A stretch of 64,000 bases of DNA from an uncultured Phycisphaerales bacterium (GTDB lineage: Bacteria; Planctomycetota; Phycisphaerae; Tepidisphaerales; Tepidisphaeraceae). The DNA lies in the NCBI GenBank assembly GCA_963844715.1, contig CAWJPJ010000006.1:32001-96000 (forward strand), in the 5' to 3' direction. Positions 9,837 to 19,869 of the stretch are shown here, piece after piece. A program made the position numbers and the translations under genes. The notes below the pieces were generated by a model. That model worked only from the letters and a program-made list of their open reading frames with translations. It had not been told where the DNA came from and did not search any database. Within the stretch, counting starts at the first letter, position 1. The number at the start of each line of letters is the position of its first letter.

Positions 9837-11526
9837 CGTCAGTTACATCCTCAACGCCGACGGCACCAGAAAGTCCGACGCCGAGACCGAGTTACAGCCC
9901 GGCGGGACCACGGCGACCCTATCTACGGCATGGACGTATGACGCCCTGGACCGGCTGACGGGCGAGGCGATCACCAGCAGCTTGTCGGGTGGAAGCCAGA
10001 CCGAGACCTGGTCGTACGATATGGACGGCAACCGGGTGAAGCAGGTCAAGGTCGCCGGCGGCGTGACCGACACCACGACTTACACGTACAACGGCGACGA
10101 CCAGATGACCCAACAGGTGGACAGCGCCACCGGGACCACCACGTTCGGGTATGACGCCAATGGCAGTCAGACGACCACGACGGTCGGCGGCACGGTCACC
10201 CAGACCGATTCCTACGACGTGCGGAACCGGCTCCAAAAGGTCGTCAACAGTTCAGGCACGACGACCTACGTTTATGACGACGCCGGAGACCGGGTTCAGG
10301 AGACGACCGGCAGCACGACGACCTACTACCTGATCGACGACAACAACCCGACCGGTTACGCCAAGCCGATTGAAGTGCGCGTCGGGTCGGCGACAGGCAC
10401 GCCCACCACCACGTACATCCTGGGCCTGGACGTGATCGGGCAGGCGAACAGCAGCGGCGCGGTCTCGTACCTGGTCATCGACGGCCGGGACGATACGCGG
10501 GCGCTGGTCAATTCCAGCGGAGCGGTGACCGCGACGTTCAACTACGATGCCTTCGGCAACCCGATCGGGTTCACCGCCGCGACCGCGCCGACGGTCTTCC
10601 TGTTCCAGCAGATGATGTTTGACGCGCCGTCGGGGACGAACTTCACCGAGAGCCGCCAGGAACCGCTGGGCGCGCCCTACTGGCTCGAAGCGGATTCGCC
10701 GGGATACAGCAACAATGACGATCCCCTGACGCTTAACGGCTACCTGTTTGATGGCGTGAATCCCATCAGCAACATCGATCCGAGTGGGCATGACTTCTCA
10801 TTAGGGGATATCCTGGTAACGGCCGGTATCAGCGCCACACTTATGGGCTCGCTATCGGGCGGTTTGGCTGCTGTAAGCGGCAGGAATGTAATTTACAACG
10901 CGGTTGTAGGCGCTGGCGGCGGTTTGGCTCTAGCTTCTGCGTTCTTTGATGGGCAATTGCCGGAGGTTGGAGCGAACGCGCTCGTGGTATCAGCCATGAC
11001 CTCAATTTTGCTGGCGACCCTTGATGCCGTCACGAAAGGTCGGAGTTACGTACAAAATCACTTGACCACCTACGAGAGTGTAGCGGTGGAAACCTTCTCA
11101 TGGGCTTCTATCTCAGAAGCGTGGTTTCCAGCAAAGAGCTATACGTCGTTAGATGGTAATCAGGACGAAGGGGTCGGAAAGCTCCTTCAGGATATAACTC
11201 TTGCGTTCGGACAAGGTGTAGCGGAAGGTGTGGCGTTGCTTGGTGATGTGTCATTGCTCGCCAGCGGCGCAATAACTCAATCGACAGCCAAGATTGAGCT
11301 GACGGATGCGTTTAAAACGATCGCGGGAAATCTTCTGTCGTCGGGCGTTTCTTTGGCAGTCGATACACTGTTCATGTCATCATTTGGAGGTGAGGTTCCC
11401 TCCGATGTTAAATCCGACGTCATTACGGATTTGAAGGGCGGCTTATTTTCCAATACGCTGTCGGCGGGAATCAACGACATTTGCAGCGAACTTGCCGACC
11501 TGATTGTTGATAAAGTCGCAGGCTAA
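9837..11526 (+). pseudogene. Orphan Rhs cassette C: truncated core plus hydrophobic C-terminal toxin domain
   Basis: WTYDALDRL, YDAFGNP, NPISNIDPSGHD; core close to cassette A; Gly/Ala/Leu-rich tip. Confidence 0.87.
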
Positions 11527-11542
11527 CTGTGGTGGCAACCAT

Positions 11543-12091
11543 ATGCGGGCCGTCAATCGCGATACCTTGGAAGTAGGGGGAGTTTTTGTTTGGGTTGAGA
11601 CTTGGAAACTTCGACAAGCGATAGCTGGTCCCTTTTACGTTTCAAAAGTAGCTAAACGCGTCATCTGGTGGGCGTTGGGCTTCCCGCTAGCACTTATGGC
11701 AGCGCTTGGCTTAGGGACGATTTGCGGACGGCGCGGGCAGTTTAGCCCTTTATCCGACGTTTTCTATTTGCTCGGAATCTGGCTTGTCGTAGGCGGGATT
11801 ACCGGCCTCGCATTTGAGTTTGCCGCGCTTAGCATTCAGATATACAAAAATCAGGTCTATGTAATTCAGTCATATCGCGTATTTTGGCGTTTATTATTTA
11901 GCCATAAGACGCTAGTTCGGGTCACGCCTGTCGCCCCGCAGGTTACACGCATGGAGTTTTACTCACAGGGACGGGCGCGCCCGAAGATGGTTCGGGCCTG
12001 CCCTTTTGAAGCGGCCAAGGTCGTCGAATGGTTCCAAAACGCCGGAATCAATGTTGAACTGGAGAGCGGCCCCAACCCACTTCATCTTTAG
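11543..12091 (+). CDS. Two-TM membrane protein, putative immunity for cassette C
   Basis: Starts 16 bp after the toxin stop; two hydrophobic segments; last codons (NPLHL*) are supplied by repeat J1. Confidence 0.65.
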   Translation: MRAVNRDTLEVGGVFVWVETWKLRQAIAGPFYVSKVAKRVIWWALGFPLALMAALGLGTICGRRGQFSPLSDVFYLLGIWLVVGGITGLAFEFAALSIQIYKNQVYVIQSYRVFWRLLFSHKTLVRVTPVAPQVTRMEFYSQGRARPKMVRACPFEAAKVVEWFQNAGINVELESGPNPLHL

Positions 12092-12116
12092 CCGCTGTAG
12101 CCGCGGCCATATTCAC
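12071..12116 (+). repeat. Junction repeat J1 between immunity C and cassette D
   Basis: Aligns with 2260-2307; homology to the Rhs B core starts at 12119. Confidence 0.8.
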
Positions 12117-12602
12117 GCGGCAGGCAACAGAGTTCAGGAGACCGTCGGCAGCACGACCAGCTACTACCTGACGGATGACAACAACCCGACGGGTTATGCC
12201 GAGCCGTTGGAAGTCAGGACCTACACCGGCTCAACGCCATCCCTTGGCGCCGCATCGTTGTCGATGACGTATCTAATCGGGGACAACGTCTTCGGGCAGG
12301 TCAACTCTTCCGGGACGGCCAGTTACTTCGTCATCGACGGCCATGGAAGCACCCGCGCCCTGGTAAGTTCAACTGGCTCGGTAACCGCCACATTCAACTA
12401 CTTCGCCTACGGTAACCCATTGGGTTCCTGGGGCCTGAACACCGCCGGCACGATCTTCCTCTTTGGCGGCGACGCCGTGTACGACTGTCAGCGGCGCGCA
12501 AAACCGGCCACTGAGGGCGCGCGCCAAAACCGGCCATTTTGAAGCACAGGAGATTCGATCATTACCGTTGGTTCCCGGTTCTAACCGGGAGACGACGGCA
12601 CG

Positions 12603-14134
12603 ATGGCGAATCAGCTCAAAATGGCGGAAGTTCAAGCAATTCTTTCACTTGCACGCAATGGTTGGTCCAACCGGCACATCGCCCGCCAGCTTGGCGTTCA
12701 CCGCGAGACGGTTGGACGCCATCTCCGGCTGGCGGCGCGGGAAGATTCAAAACCGGCCAGCGCCGCCCTCGGCTCGGAGGGCGCGCCCACCGGGTTGGTC
12801 AGCGCCGCCAGCGCCTGGCGTGAAGTGATCGTTCAGAAGCTGGGCATGGGGCTGACCGCCCAGCGGATTTACCAGGACCTCTGCTCCGATCACGGTTATG
12901 CCGGCAGCTATTACAGTGTTCGCCGGCTGGTTGGGAAGTTGACCTCGGCGGCGCCAACGCCATTCCGGCGGATGGAGTGCGAGCCGGGCGCCGAGGCCCA
13001 GGTCGATTTTGGACGGGGCGCGCCCATCGTCGGTTCCGACGGCAAGAGGAGAAGCACCTGGGTCTTCCGCATCGTGCTGAGCCACAGCCGCAAGGGGTAC
13101 GCCGAGGCGGTGCACCGTCAGACCACCGATGACTTTCTGCGTTGCCTGGAGAATGCGTTCGCGCACTTCGGCGGATTGCCGCGGACGCTGGTGATCGACA
13201 ATCTTCGGGCGGCGGTGAAGCGGGCGGACTGGTTCGACCCGGAGTTGTGTCCCAAGGTCCGCTCGTTTGCCGAGCATTACGGAATCGCCATTCTGCCGAC
13301 CAAGCCCTACACGCCCCGGCACAAGGGGAAGATCGAACGGGGCATCGGCTATGTGAAGGGCAACGCCCTCAAGGGACGGACCTTCAGTTCTCTGGCCGAT
13401 CAGAACCAGCATCTTCAGGCCTGGGAAGCGACCGTCGCCGATACGCGCATCCATGGAACGACGCGCCGGCAGGTGAAGGAAGTGTTCCAGCAGGCGGAGC
13501 AGCCGGCGCTCTTGCCGTTGCCGGCGGCGAGATTCGATCTGTTTGCCGAAGCGTTGCGCAGCGTCAGCCGGGACGGACACGTGCAGGTCAAAGGCGCGTA
13601 TTACTCGGTCCCACCGGAGTTTTTGGGCCGGCAGCTTTCGGCGCGCTGGGATGGGCGCTGATCCGCTTGCTGGATCAGAAGATGCGCCCCGTCGCGGTGC
13701 ACGTGCAGCGTCCGCCGGGGACCTTCTCCACGCTGGATGCCCATATCCTGCCGGAGAAGATCAGCGGGATCGAAAAAGGAACGGCCTGGCTCCTGCGCCG
13801 GGTCGAATCCATCGGACCGCACGCCACGCAGTGGGCGCGGTCCATGCTCCAGAATCGCGGCATCGAGGGCGTGCGCGTGCTCCTGGGCCTTATGTCCCTG
13901 ACGAACAAGCATTCCCGCCGCGTCATCGAGCAGGCCTGCCAAGTCGCCCAGGGGCATGGGGCGTATCACCTCCGTTCATTGCGCCAACTCCTCGAACAAC
14001 AGAATCCGCCCGCCCTTCAGCGGAACTTCGAGTTCGTCCAAGAACATCCGATCATCCGCGACCTGGGCGACTACGGCCGATTCGTGCGACAGGCCATTAC
14101 CCAACAACCACCTTCACAGGAGTCCATTCCATGA
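12603..14134 (+). CDS. istA: IS21 transposase IstA (frameshift ~13655)
   Basis: N-terminal HTH; EAQVDFG, LVIDNLRAAV, PRHKGKIERGI DDE motifs; TGA overlaps istB ATG. Confidence 0.92.
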
Positions 14135-15012
14135 GACCTTCATTGTTACAGACGCTCAAACAGCTTCGGCTTTCGGGCCTGGCCCAGAGCCTTGAAGTCC
14201 GATTGAGCGAGGCGGCTGGCAATCGGCTCGATCACGCCGAGTTTTTGGAACTGATTCTCCAGGACGAACTGAACGTGCGGTCCAGCCGATTGGTGAGCCG
14301 CCGCGTCAAGGCCGCCCTGTTCGGCGAAGTCAAAAACCTCGACGAGTTCGACTTCTCCTTCAATCCCTCCATCAAACGCAAGCAGATCCACGACCTGGCC
14401 GGCTGTCAGTTCATCCGCGAAAAAGCCGACGTGCTTCTATTGGGCCCACCCGGCGTCGGCAAAACGTTCCTGGTCCAGGCCATCGGGCATCAGGCGATCA
14501 AAGCCGGACACCTGGTTCTGTACCGCTCCATCTTCGATCTGGCCCGCGACTTCCTCGGCGACGACGAACTCGGCCAGCAGGACAAAACGCTGAATCGTTA
14601 TCTCAAACCCGACCTGCTCATCATCGACGACATGGGAATGCGACAACTTCCGCGTCGCTCCGGCGAATGCCTGCTGGAGATCATCATGCGCCGCCATGAG
14701 AACCGCTCGACGATGATGACCAGCAACCGGCCGCTGGAAGACTGGGCCAAGCTGATCGGCGACGTCCCGGCGGCCACGGCGATCCTCGACCGCTTCCTTC
14801 AGCACGCCACCCTCCTCAACATCACCGGCAAAAGTTATCGTTTGCGCCATGGCGGCGCCGGGGAGGCCGTGGAGGCGAAGCCTTCCACAAAGGCAAATTC
14901 AAAAGGACGGCGGAGTACCGCCGACGATGGAGGGTGCTCCCCTCCGGAAGACACCGTGGCAGAAAGCACGGTCTCTTCTTGTGCTGGGGCGCCCGCCGAT
15001 CAGGCGTCCTGA
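14131..15012 (+). CDS. istB: IS21 helper ATPase IstB
   Basis: FDFSFNP, GPPGVGKT, LLIIDDMG, TSNRP, AILDRFL. Confidence 0.95.
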   Translation: MRPSLLQTLKQLRLSGLAQSLEVRLSEAAGNRLDHAEFLELILQDELNVRSSRLVSRRVKAALFGEVKNLDEFDFSFNPSIKRKQIHDLAGCQFIREKADVLLLGPPGVGKTFLVQAIGHQAIKAGHLVLYRSIFDLARDFLGDDELGQQDKTLNRYLKPDLLIIDDMGMRQLPRRSGECLLEIIMRRHENRSTMMTSNRPLEDWAKLIGDVPAATAILDRFLQHATLLNITGKSYRLRHGGAGEAVEAKPSTKANSKGRRSTADDGGCSPPEDTVAESTVSSCAGAPADQAS

Positions 15013-15714
15013 TGCGCGGCTGATAACTCAACAGAAAGTTGCATGGAACTGAACGGATGATGTATACGAAGCGTCACAACACTGGCCGGTTTTGAGCGCC
15101 CATTGATGGCCGGTTTTGGCGCGCCCCGCGACAGTACGACCCCGCCAGCGGCCTGTACATGAACGGCGACGGCACGCGCGATCGGTCGGCGTTTGAGTTT
15201 ATTCAGCGCGATCCGACCAGTGGAGAAAATGCTGATCCGGCGAGCCTGCATACCTACTTGTACGCGGATGCGGATCCGGTCGATGGCAGCGACCCAACTG
15301 GATTCGACGACTATGGTGATGACTTGGAAGTCGGTGGGCCTGACACTGGAAATCTCGGCATAGGAGGACCTGAAGCCACCGTCGGCACTATAGAAATGAC
15401 TCCCGGCGACACATCAGCGTTCCAGACACTCGAATCGCAAGAAGCCACGTGGCGAACTCGGGGATGGGATATAGCAGCCGACATGCTCTATCACTTTTTG
15501 TATGGCCAAGGACAAGATTTAACTTCCCTCCCGAATACGGATATTGCGGAATTAGCAAACGATTCACATTTTGTGGACGTTCTAATTAACGGAATTCAGG
15601 CCCAATATCCGAATGCGATGAACGGAAATCAGATCAACATTCCTACACCCCTGAAGATCAATGCGCGGTTTCTGGCTCTAGACGATCAACTTGCTTGGGC
15701 GTTCGGTAGCCTAA

Positions 15715-16608
15715 GAGCCTCTAACAAAAATGCGAATGGAGCCTGTTCCAACAGATCATTGCCTCACCCACGGTCATGAACGCGGCGTGGATGTCGGGCC
15801 GTTTTTCGTAACGGACTCGCAGTCGGCGATTCTGATGCAACCAACTCAGCGTACGCTCCACCGGCCAGCGGGTTTTGCCAAGACCACTTCCGTGCGGGCG
15901 GTTGCGTCGGGCCAGCAACGGGCGGCTGCCACGCTGACGCAACGCCTTTCGGTGCGGTTCGGAGTGATACGCCCGGTCTCCCTGCACCACCTCGAACCGC
16001 CAGCGCGGCCGGCCCGGTTTGCCCGAGACCTTTGGAATCGCATCGATCAGCGGCAGCAGTTGCGTGATGTCGTGGCGGTTGGCCGCCGTCAGGAGGGCAA
16101 CCATCGGCGTGCCGTTGCCATCGGTCAATACATGGTGCTTGGAACCGTTTTTCCTGCGATCTACCGGGCTCGGACCCGTTTTTTTCCCCCGTGCACGGCC
16201 CGCACGGAAGCAGAATCCACCAAGGCCCGCGACCAGTCGATGGCATTCGACCGCCGCAATCGATTCAGCAATAGTCCGTGCAGCTTCGTCCAAACCCCAC
16301 GATGGTTCCAATCGCGCAGTCGACGCCAGCAACTCATGCCGCTGCCGCATCCCATCTCCTGGGGAAGGTATTCCCACGGAATGCCGGTTTTGAGCACGAA
16401 CAGAATACCCGACAACGCCGCGCGATCGTCCAGCGGCGGCCGGCCGCGCTTTCCTGGACCACTGCGGTGCTTGGGAAGCAGGGGTCGGATCAACTCCCAA
16501 AGCTCGTCGGTCACCAACGGCTTGGTCATAAAGCCCTCCATGGCTAAGACCAAGCCGTATTGTCCGATCAACCATAAACATGGGGAAGTGCATTTTTGTT
16601 AGAGGCTC
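15715..16608 (-). mobile_element. IS5-family element (two-ORF, IS427-like), 894 bp
   Basis: Perfect 19-bp IR GAGCCTCTAACAAAAATGC; TAA duplicated at 15712-15714 and 16609-16611. Confidence 0.95.
15721..16529 (-). CDS. IS5 transposase, two ORFs joined by a probable programmed -1 frameshift at GGGGGAAAAAAAC (~16178-16190)
   Basis: LVTDELW, TGIPWEYLP, LVDSAS, GSKHHVLTD, GDRAY, RWPVERT, RRLRVRYEK. Confidence 0.9.
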
Positions 16609-16939
16609 TAAATATCGAAGCGACAGGTTGGTTTAAAGCGACGAGGGTGCCCAAAAAAGCCGGTTCATATCAATTGCATTATGATCTATCAGTTAAGATA
16701 AGTAAGTTCTATAATTTCTATGCTACCAATTTATGGCATATATTACCGTCGTTTGTCGCCCCGATCGATTATGCATCTGCGTGGACGTTGGAAAACGATG
16801 GTGTGGCCCAGCCGTACAAGGTAAACGTTGACTTCAAAATGAATTCTTAGAACGATTCCAAGGCTGAGGCAGGAGTCCGCCTATTGGCCTGCACAGCGGA
16901 GGCAATTAGGATGCTGCTGCAGTTCCTCCCGATAAAGGC

Positions 16940-17350
16940 ATGTGCGACGCAGAGAGGGCACCGCGCGAATTGAATTTACGTAGAAAAATCATCGCGTCCG
17001 CTATATGCGTTACCGTTCTGGCAATTGTCTGGATGGTCTGGCACTTGCGTACGCGAAATAATGTCATACAAGCGGTCGACGATACGACTGCGGCACCCCT
17101 CCCCATTGAGACCGATATTGACCTCGCATTCGTAGATCTTGCCGATCCGACTTTGAACTATGCCTTATGGAGTCCAGATGTGCCGGGCAACGATATGTTG
17201 GGGGTCACGACGATCTTAAACGTGAGATGGAGCAGACCTTTGCGAATCTTCGTAAGCTCCAAGGGGTACGACAAGGTCCCGGTCATCGTTGACGATGACT
17301 CACCGACTCTGATCATTGTGCCCCTGCACAAGAAAGAGGACACAAAATAA
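16940..17350 (+). CDS. Single-TM hypothetical protein, putative immunity for cassette D
   Basis: Follows the toxin tip; RRK then hydrophobic helix; VSSKGY..V.V beta-rich tail. Confidence 0.55.
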   Translation: MCDAERAPRELNLRRKIIASAICVTVLAIVWMVWHLRTRNNVIQAVDDTTAAPLPIETDIDLAFVDLADPTLNYALWSPDVPGNDMLGVTTILNVRWSRPLRIFVSSKGYDKVPVIVDDDSPTLIIVPLHKKEDTK

Positions 17351-17395
17351 CCCGAGGAAGAGTCGAAGAGATCAGGAATGTTGTAGTGTAGCGGC

Positions 17396-17459
17396 TGTAG
17401 CGGCCCGGCAGCTTGTCGGGCGGTTTTGTTCGCAGGGTGTTAGGTATTTTTGGATACGT
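17396..17459 (+). repeat. Junction repeat J2, third copy, preceded by stacked TGTAG/TGTAGCGGC (17382-17395)
   Basis: One mismatch to the 9640 unit over its length; 3' part identical to the 9576 unit. Confidence 0.9.
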
Positions 17460-17587
17460 GTATGGTGTTCATATATGACACAAGGAACTCAAAATGGGCG
17501 GGAGAGGACTTTTGGGATGCGAATTATCGCCTTGAGTGCGCGGAATCGGCGCGGAACGCTCTTTGACAATTGAGTAAGCATCCTCCG

Positions 17588-18877
17588 TCAGGCGGCGCGT
17601 CGCACGGTGATGTGGACCACCGGCAGCCCAGGATCGCCGCGGCAGTTGACGCGGCGAATGCGGATGTACGGCTTGAGCGGGTCGCGGCAGCGGATAGGGC
17701 CCGGCTCCGGAATCGCGATTCCTTGCCAGGCCTCATCTGGCGTTCTGCCATCCAGGGCGCTGTGCGGCCGATGTTGATTGTACCAGTGCCGATAGTCATC
17801 CAACCGCCGCTGTAGTGCCGGTATCGATAGTCCGCACAGGACGAGGCTCCACCAGATGCGGAAGGTGCGGAACGCACGTTCGATCTTGCCGTTGAGATAA
17901 GGCGCCCGGACGCGGCCTTGGACGTGATGAATGCCGCGGCGCTTCATGTCGGCGTGAAAGCGGCGGCGGAACTGTGGGCCGTGGTCAGTAATGACAAAAT
18001 GCGGCATGCCCTGCTCCTTGGCGGCGCGATGAACCAGGGCGGTCATCTCGCGATGGCACGGCGTGCGCGAATAGATACGTAGATGCAGGAGCCGCCGAGA
18101 AAAGCCGTCGAGGAGGGCGGCAAGCGTAAATTTGAACCAGAGGATGCGGAGGGAAGTAAGGTCCAAATGCCAGACGCGGTTGGGATGCTTAGGCAGGAGC
18201 AGATGGTGTGGCTGAACGCTGGCGATCGCGGCCATGGGCGGCCGCGGCCGGCGCGGCCGCTTTGGAAGCGCTTCTCGGATGACGCGTTGCACCGTGGATC
18301 GGCTGATGGCGATCCCGGCGGCGCACGATATGGCGGGCAATCGAGCGGGTACCCAACTCCGGCTCCGGGCAGAGCCGCTTCAGTTCATGAACCGTCCATC
18401 GGACCAGATCGTCGATGCGGTTCCAGACGACCGCATCGGCGAGGAGTGCACGTTGCCGCGTCCTTCGCTGGCTTTGATCCAGGATCGGACGGTATTGGGA
18501 TGCAGGACAAAACGGCGTGCGGTTTTGCGGATGCTCCAGCCGCGTATGCGAAGGATTTGAAAGATGGCCAATCGCTGCTCAGGACCATAATCGGGTCTTT
18601 TGTGCGGCGGCATTTGATGCCGCTGAGCCCGAAGGATCGCCAGTTCGCGCCGGAGGAGTTCCGACCCAGTCCGGGCATGGTCACGTTGCATCAGCAGACG
18701 CAGGACAGGCGAGGCCGCGGATGCCAGGCGAGTTCGGGCTAACTGATACGCTTGGCTGAGCACGGTAGCGACGGTATCAACAAAGCGCAGGGCATATGCG
18801 GTAGATATCGACGGCACGCGGCGCTCCAGAAGAGGGGTCGGCGCGGGCAATCTAACGGCGCATCGAATGTGGATCAA
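17588..18877 (-). CDS. DDE integrase-core (rve) transposase with N-terminal HTH, IS481-like; frameshifts ~18320-18430
   Basis: WSIRKTARRFVLHPNTVRSW; PNRVWHLDLT, LLDGFSRR, ITDHGPQF, NGKIERAFRT, WYNQHRPHSALDGRTP. Confidence 0.85.
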
Positions 18878-18898
18878 AAATGCGATGGGGAAGCGACA

Positions 18899-19187
18899 AG
18901 ATTACCGTCGACCAGACCGTCGACCTCTACGACGCCGGCGGCAACCTGCTCGAGACACAGCTCCACGATTCAAAGGGCAATCTCCTCAGCGATTCCATCT
19001 ATACGTATACGACGACGAGCGACTTCAACAGTTACGGCGTTCCCGCCGGGCTCTTGATCAGCGAGTCCAGCCTCGGGCCCACCGGCCAGATGGTGCAGCA
19101 GTCGTACAACTCCTACTATGGAAACAATGTCACCGGTTCCAGCCCCAGCTACGTGGCCGGCGAACTGGCCAGTACCATGGACGTGAG
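18899..19187 (+). pseudogene. Rhs internal fragment E
   Basis: TTSDFNSYGVPAGLLISESSLGPTGQMVQQSYNSYYG nearly identical at DNA level to ~5193-5340. Confidence 0.85.
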
Positions 19188-19189
19188 CG

Positions 19190-19306
19190 ACGATCGAGCA
19201 AGCTCGGTAAATGGTCTTTGAGTACATCGAAGTGTTTTACAATCGCCAGAGACGTCACTCGGCGATAGGCTACAAAAGCCCCGAAGCGTTCGATGCAAGC
19301 CTCAAT
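19190..19306 (+). pseudogene. IS3-family transposase C-terminal remnant
   Basis: VFEYIEVFYNRQRRHSAIGYKSPEAF. Confidence 0.85.
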
Positions 19307-19597
19307 TCGCGGGGAAGCTCATTATTGGAATTGACGCGGTACGTGGGATTCGTAGCCATTATTTTTACTTTTGTCAAAAGTGCCGAGAGCACAACACTAG
19401 CCAGAGCACCAGGTCATGCGTCGGGTGTTCTGTACCGCCTTTTTATACCGTTTTATTACCGGTTTATCTTTTGAATACCGCGATCGCATGCGAATAAACG
19501 CGACGGTATGAGACGAATTGCGAATCGCGCGGATTTTGATAATATGCCCGAAAATCAGGCCATTCCTGAGATTTTCAGTAGCCTTCCTGGAGCTTCC

Positions 19598-19637
19598 GAT
19601 AAGGGCGAGGTCACAAGTTCGAATCTTGTCAGGCCTA
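19598..19637 (+). other. 3' half of tRNA-Ile(GAT); att-like boundary of an integrated island
   Basis: GATAAGGGCGAGGTC ACAAG TTCGAAT CTTGT CAGGCCTA: anticodon onward with perfect T-arm; no D-arm or 5' acceptor strand upstream. Confidence 0.8.
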
Positions 19638-19869
19638 TTGTATTGCTTTTTAAATGCCGGCCATTCACGTGGTTTTCCGCTTGGCACTTCCGACCAATTG
19701 ACACATTTGACTCTGGTTTTGTTCATTCCTAGTGTACGCGGAGTGATGTCGAACCCCACCGCGCGTATTTGCACGTCGTATGCCGCGAATCGGCCGCGCT
19801 CAGGGAAAGAATCGTGCCTTCGATTAGGCGTTGCTGCGATCTGAGCGATTTAGCTCTGGAGAAGCGTTG

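Larger units (their letters stand above)
12486..15133 (+). mobile_element. IS21-family element, complete
   Basis: TGTC...GACA ends; paired AAAACCGGCCA / TGGCCGGTTTT subterminal repeats; 7-bp target duplication GTACGAC (12479-12485, 15134-15140). Confidence 0.95.
12119..16850 (+). pseudogene. Orphan Rhs cassette D, interrupted by IS21 and IS5
   Basis: Core nearly identical to cassette B from AGNRVQETVG; removing both IS restores GGDAVYD|PASGLY and AFGSL|NIEATGWF; DPVDGSDPTGFD motif. Confidence 0.9.
17396..18898 (-). mobile_element. Putative IS481-like element; ends uncertain
   Basis: TGTAGCGGCCC vs reverse complement of the right end TGTCGCTTCCC; Rhs sequence resumes at 18899; no target duplication seen. 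Confidence 0.5.

Noticed and set aside
7730..12485. Near-identical Rhs segments (B versus D, B versus E) as DGR template/variable repeats
   Set aside because: Differences are mostly synonymous and not adenine-specific; no reverse transcriptase present
240..17460. Integron attC sites between cassettes (CGTAACAT at 242 and 507)
   Set aside because: No matching GTTRRRY end at a suitable distance, no TAAC after the other immunity genes, and no intI in the window
19560..19640. Intact tRNA gene
   Set aside because: Only the anticodon-to-acceptor 3' half is present; upstream bases cannot form the D-arm or acceptor stem
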